This document shows positions 63,087 through 64,000 of a stretch of 64,000 bases of DNA, one piece after another. Source of the DNA: Phoronis australis (Eukaryota; Animalia; Phoronida); contig NMRA01000201.1 of NCBI GenBank assembly GCA_002633005.1, positions 503,989 through 567,988 on the forward strand, in the 5' to 3' direction. The first letter of the stretch is position 1, and every line of letters begins with the position of its first letter. The translations under genes were made by a program, and so were the position numbers. The notes under the pieces were generated by a model, which was not told the DNA's origin, made no database searches, and saw only the letters and a program-made list of their open reading frames with translations.

Positions 63087-64000
63087 ATCATTGGTCCTCC
63101 ATGGGCAGCAGTACCACAGTCTTGTGAACTGGTCGCTTCAATGTCCCGTTCAGCGTCTTGACCTCGAGGCGGCGTACACGACCACGATCATCTGGATGTA
63201 CACAAGACACTCGGCCCATCAACTACTTATTACGAGGTAGGTTGTCGTCCTTGATGAGAACTACGTCACCAATACTTGCATTACGCTTCGGCGAAGTCCA
63301 CTTGGAGCGAGCTTGCAAGGATAGCAGGAATTCGTTTCTCCATCGTCTCCAGATGAGGTCCACTAAAAACTGAACACGACGCCATCTCTTTCGCATATAA
63401 ACATCCTGAAGCTGAGGAAACTGGCCCGGGGGAGGCAGGATAACTGATGACCTCAGGGTTAAGATATTGCTTGGCGACAATGGCTTCAAATCATCTGCGT
63501 CCGTCGTCATTGGAGTAAGAGGGCGTGAATTGACCATGGCTTCCACTTCGCAGAACAAAGTACGCAGCGATTCGTCATCCAGACAGCTACCTGCATCCTG
63601 TCGTATAACCTCTTCTTCCTTGTCCACTAAAGGGAGGCAGTTGTCCACCGTTCTGATCTGCCTTTCCCAGGCGCCTCCCATGTGGCTGGATGTGGGAGGG
63701 TTGAACTTCCGGTCAATGTCCATCTGGAGCAAAGTTCGCTGAACTGCCGCATAATCAATTTATGCAATGGTCTCTTTCACTTCCCTGTACGCACCTACAA
63801 AATTTGTCTCGTTATCAGGCTTGCTTGGATGATAAACACAGTCATGAGGAAGATACCAGCAGCGGCCTTCGGGTGTTTGAAGCTTTTCTGTGGGAACCCT
63901 TTTGGTGTAACCCTTCTCAACAATGACTTCTACGAATGCGACGTAGTCATCCCTATATCTTGAATTTCGCGGCATCTTCTTCTGCCAGTTTGCACGTGTC
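63087..64000 (-). pseudogene. BEL/Pao LTR retrotransposon pol remnant (RT start fused to integrase C-terminus/DUF5641-like)
   Basis: WYLPH..VYHPSKP; TNFVGA; FNPP..SHMGGAWERQIRTV; EVEAMVNSRPLT; WRRVQ..WRRWRNE; GDVVLIKD; internal stops. Confidence 0.92.

Overview
AT-rich, intron-containing animal (probably invertebrate) genomic DNA with three assembly gaps. The main content is one 21-exon + strand gene that I reconstructed by hand (13529-56037). All junctions are GT-AG and phase-compatible, and the 10,281-nt CDS gives about 3,426 aa. It encodes a giant secreted protein: signal peptide, EMI, EGF/Cys-rich modules, a WSC exon, then roughly 18-20 FN3/Ig-like 'D.TPP...W.GF.D.ESGI..Y..IG' repeats, with no transmembrane segment seen. 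Introns and flanks carry non-autonomous DNA transposons: two inverted THAP-bearing TTAA (Kolobok-like) copies, CA..TG elements with 5-bp TSDs, a nested 3-bp-TSD Harbinger-like element and a 35-bp-TIR MITE. A deleted BEL/Pao element lies at the right edge. The region upstream of the gene (about 3.5-12.8 kb) recurs collinearly at 58.4-62.4 kb, suggesting a tandem locus duplication. Most striking: in at least six clean pairs of homologous repeat copies, a plain TA in one copy corresponds to TACATGTA or TACATGTACATGTA in the other, and about 30 TACATGTA octamers occur in the window. This matches Tc1/mariner-type excision footprints at high density. All identities and counts are by eye.
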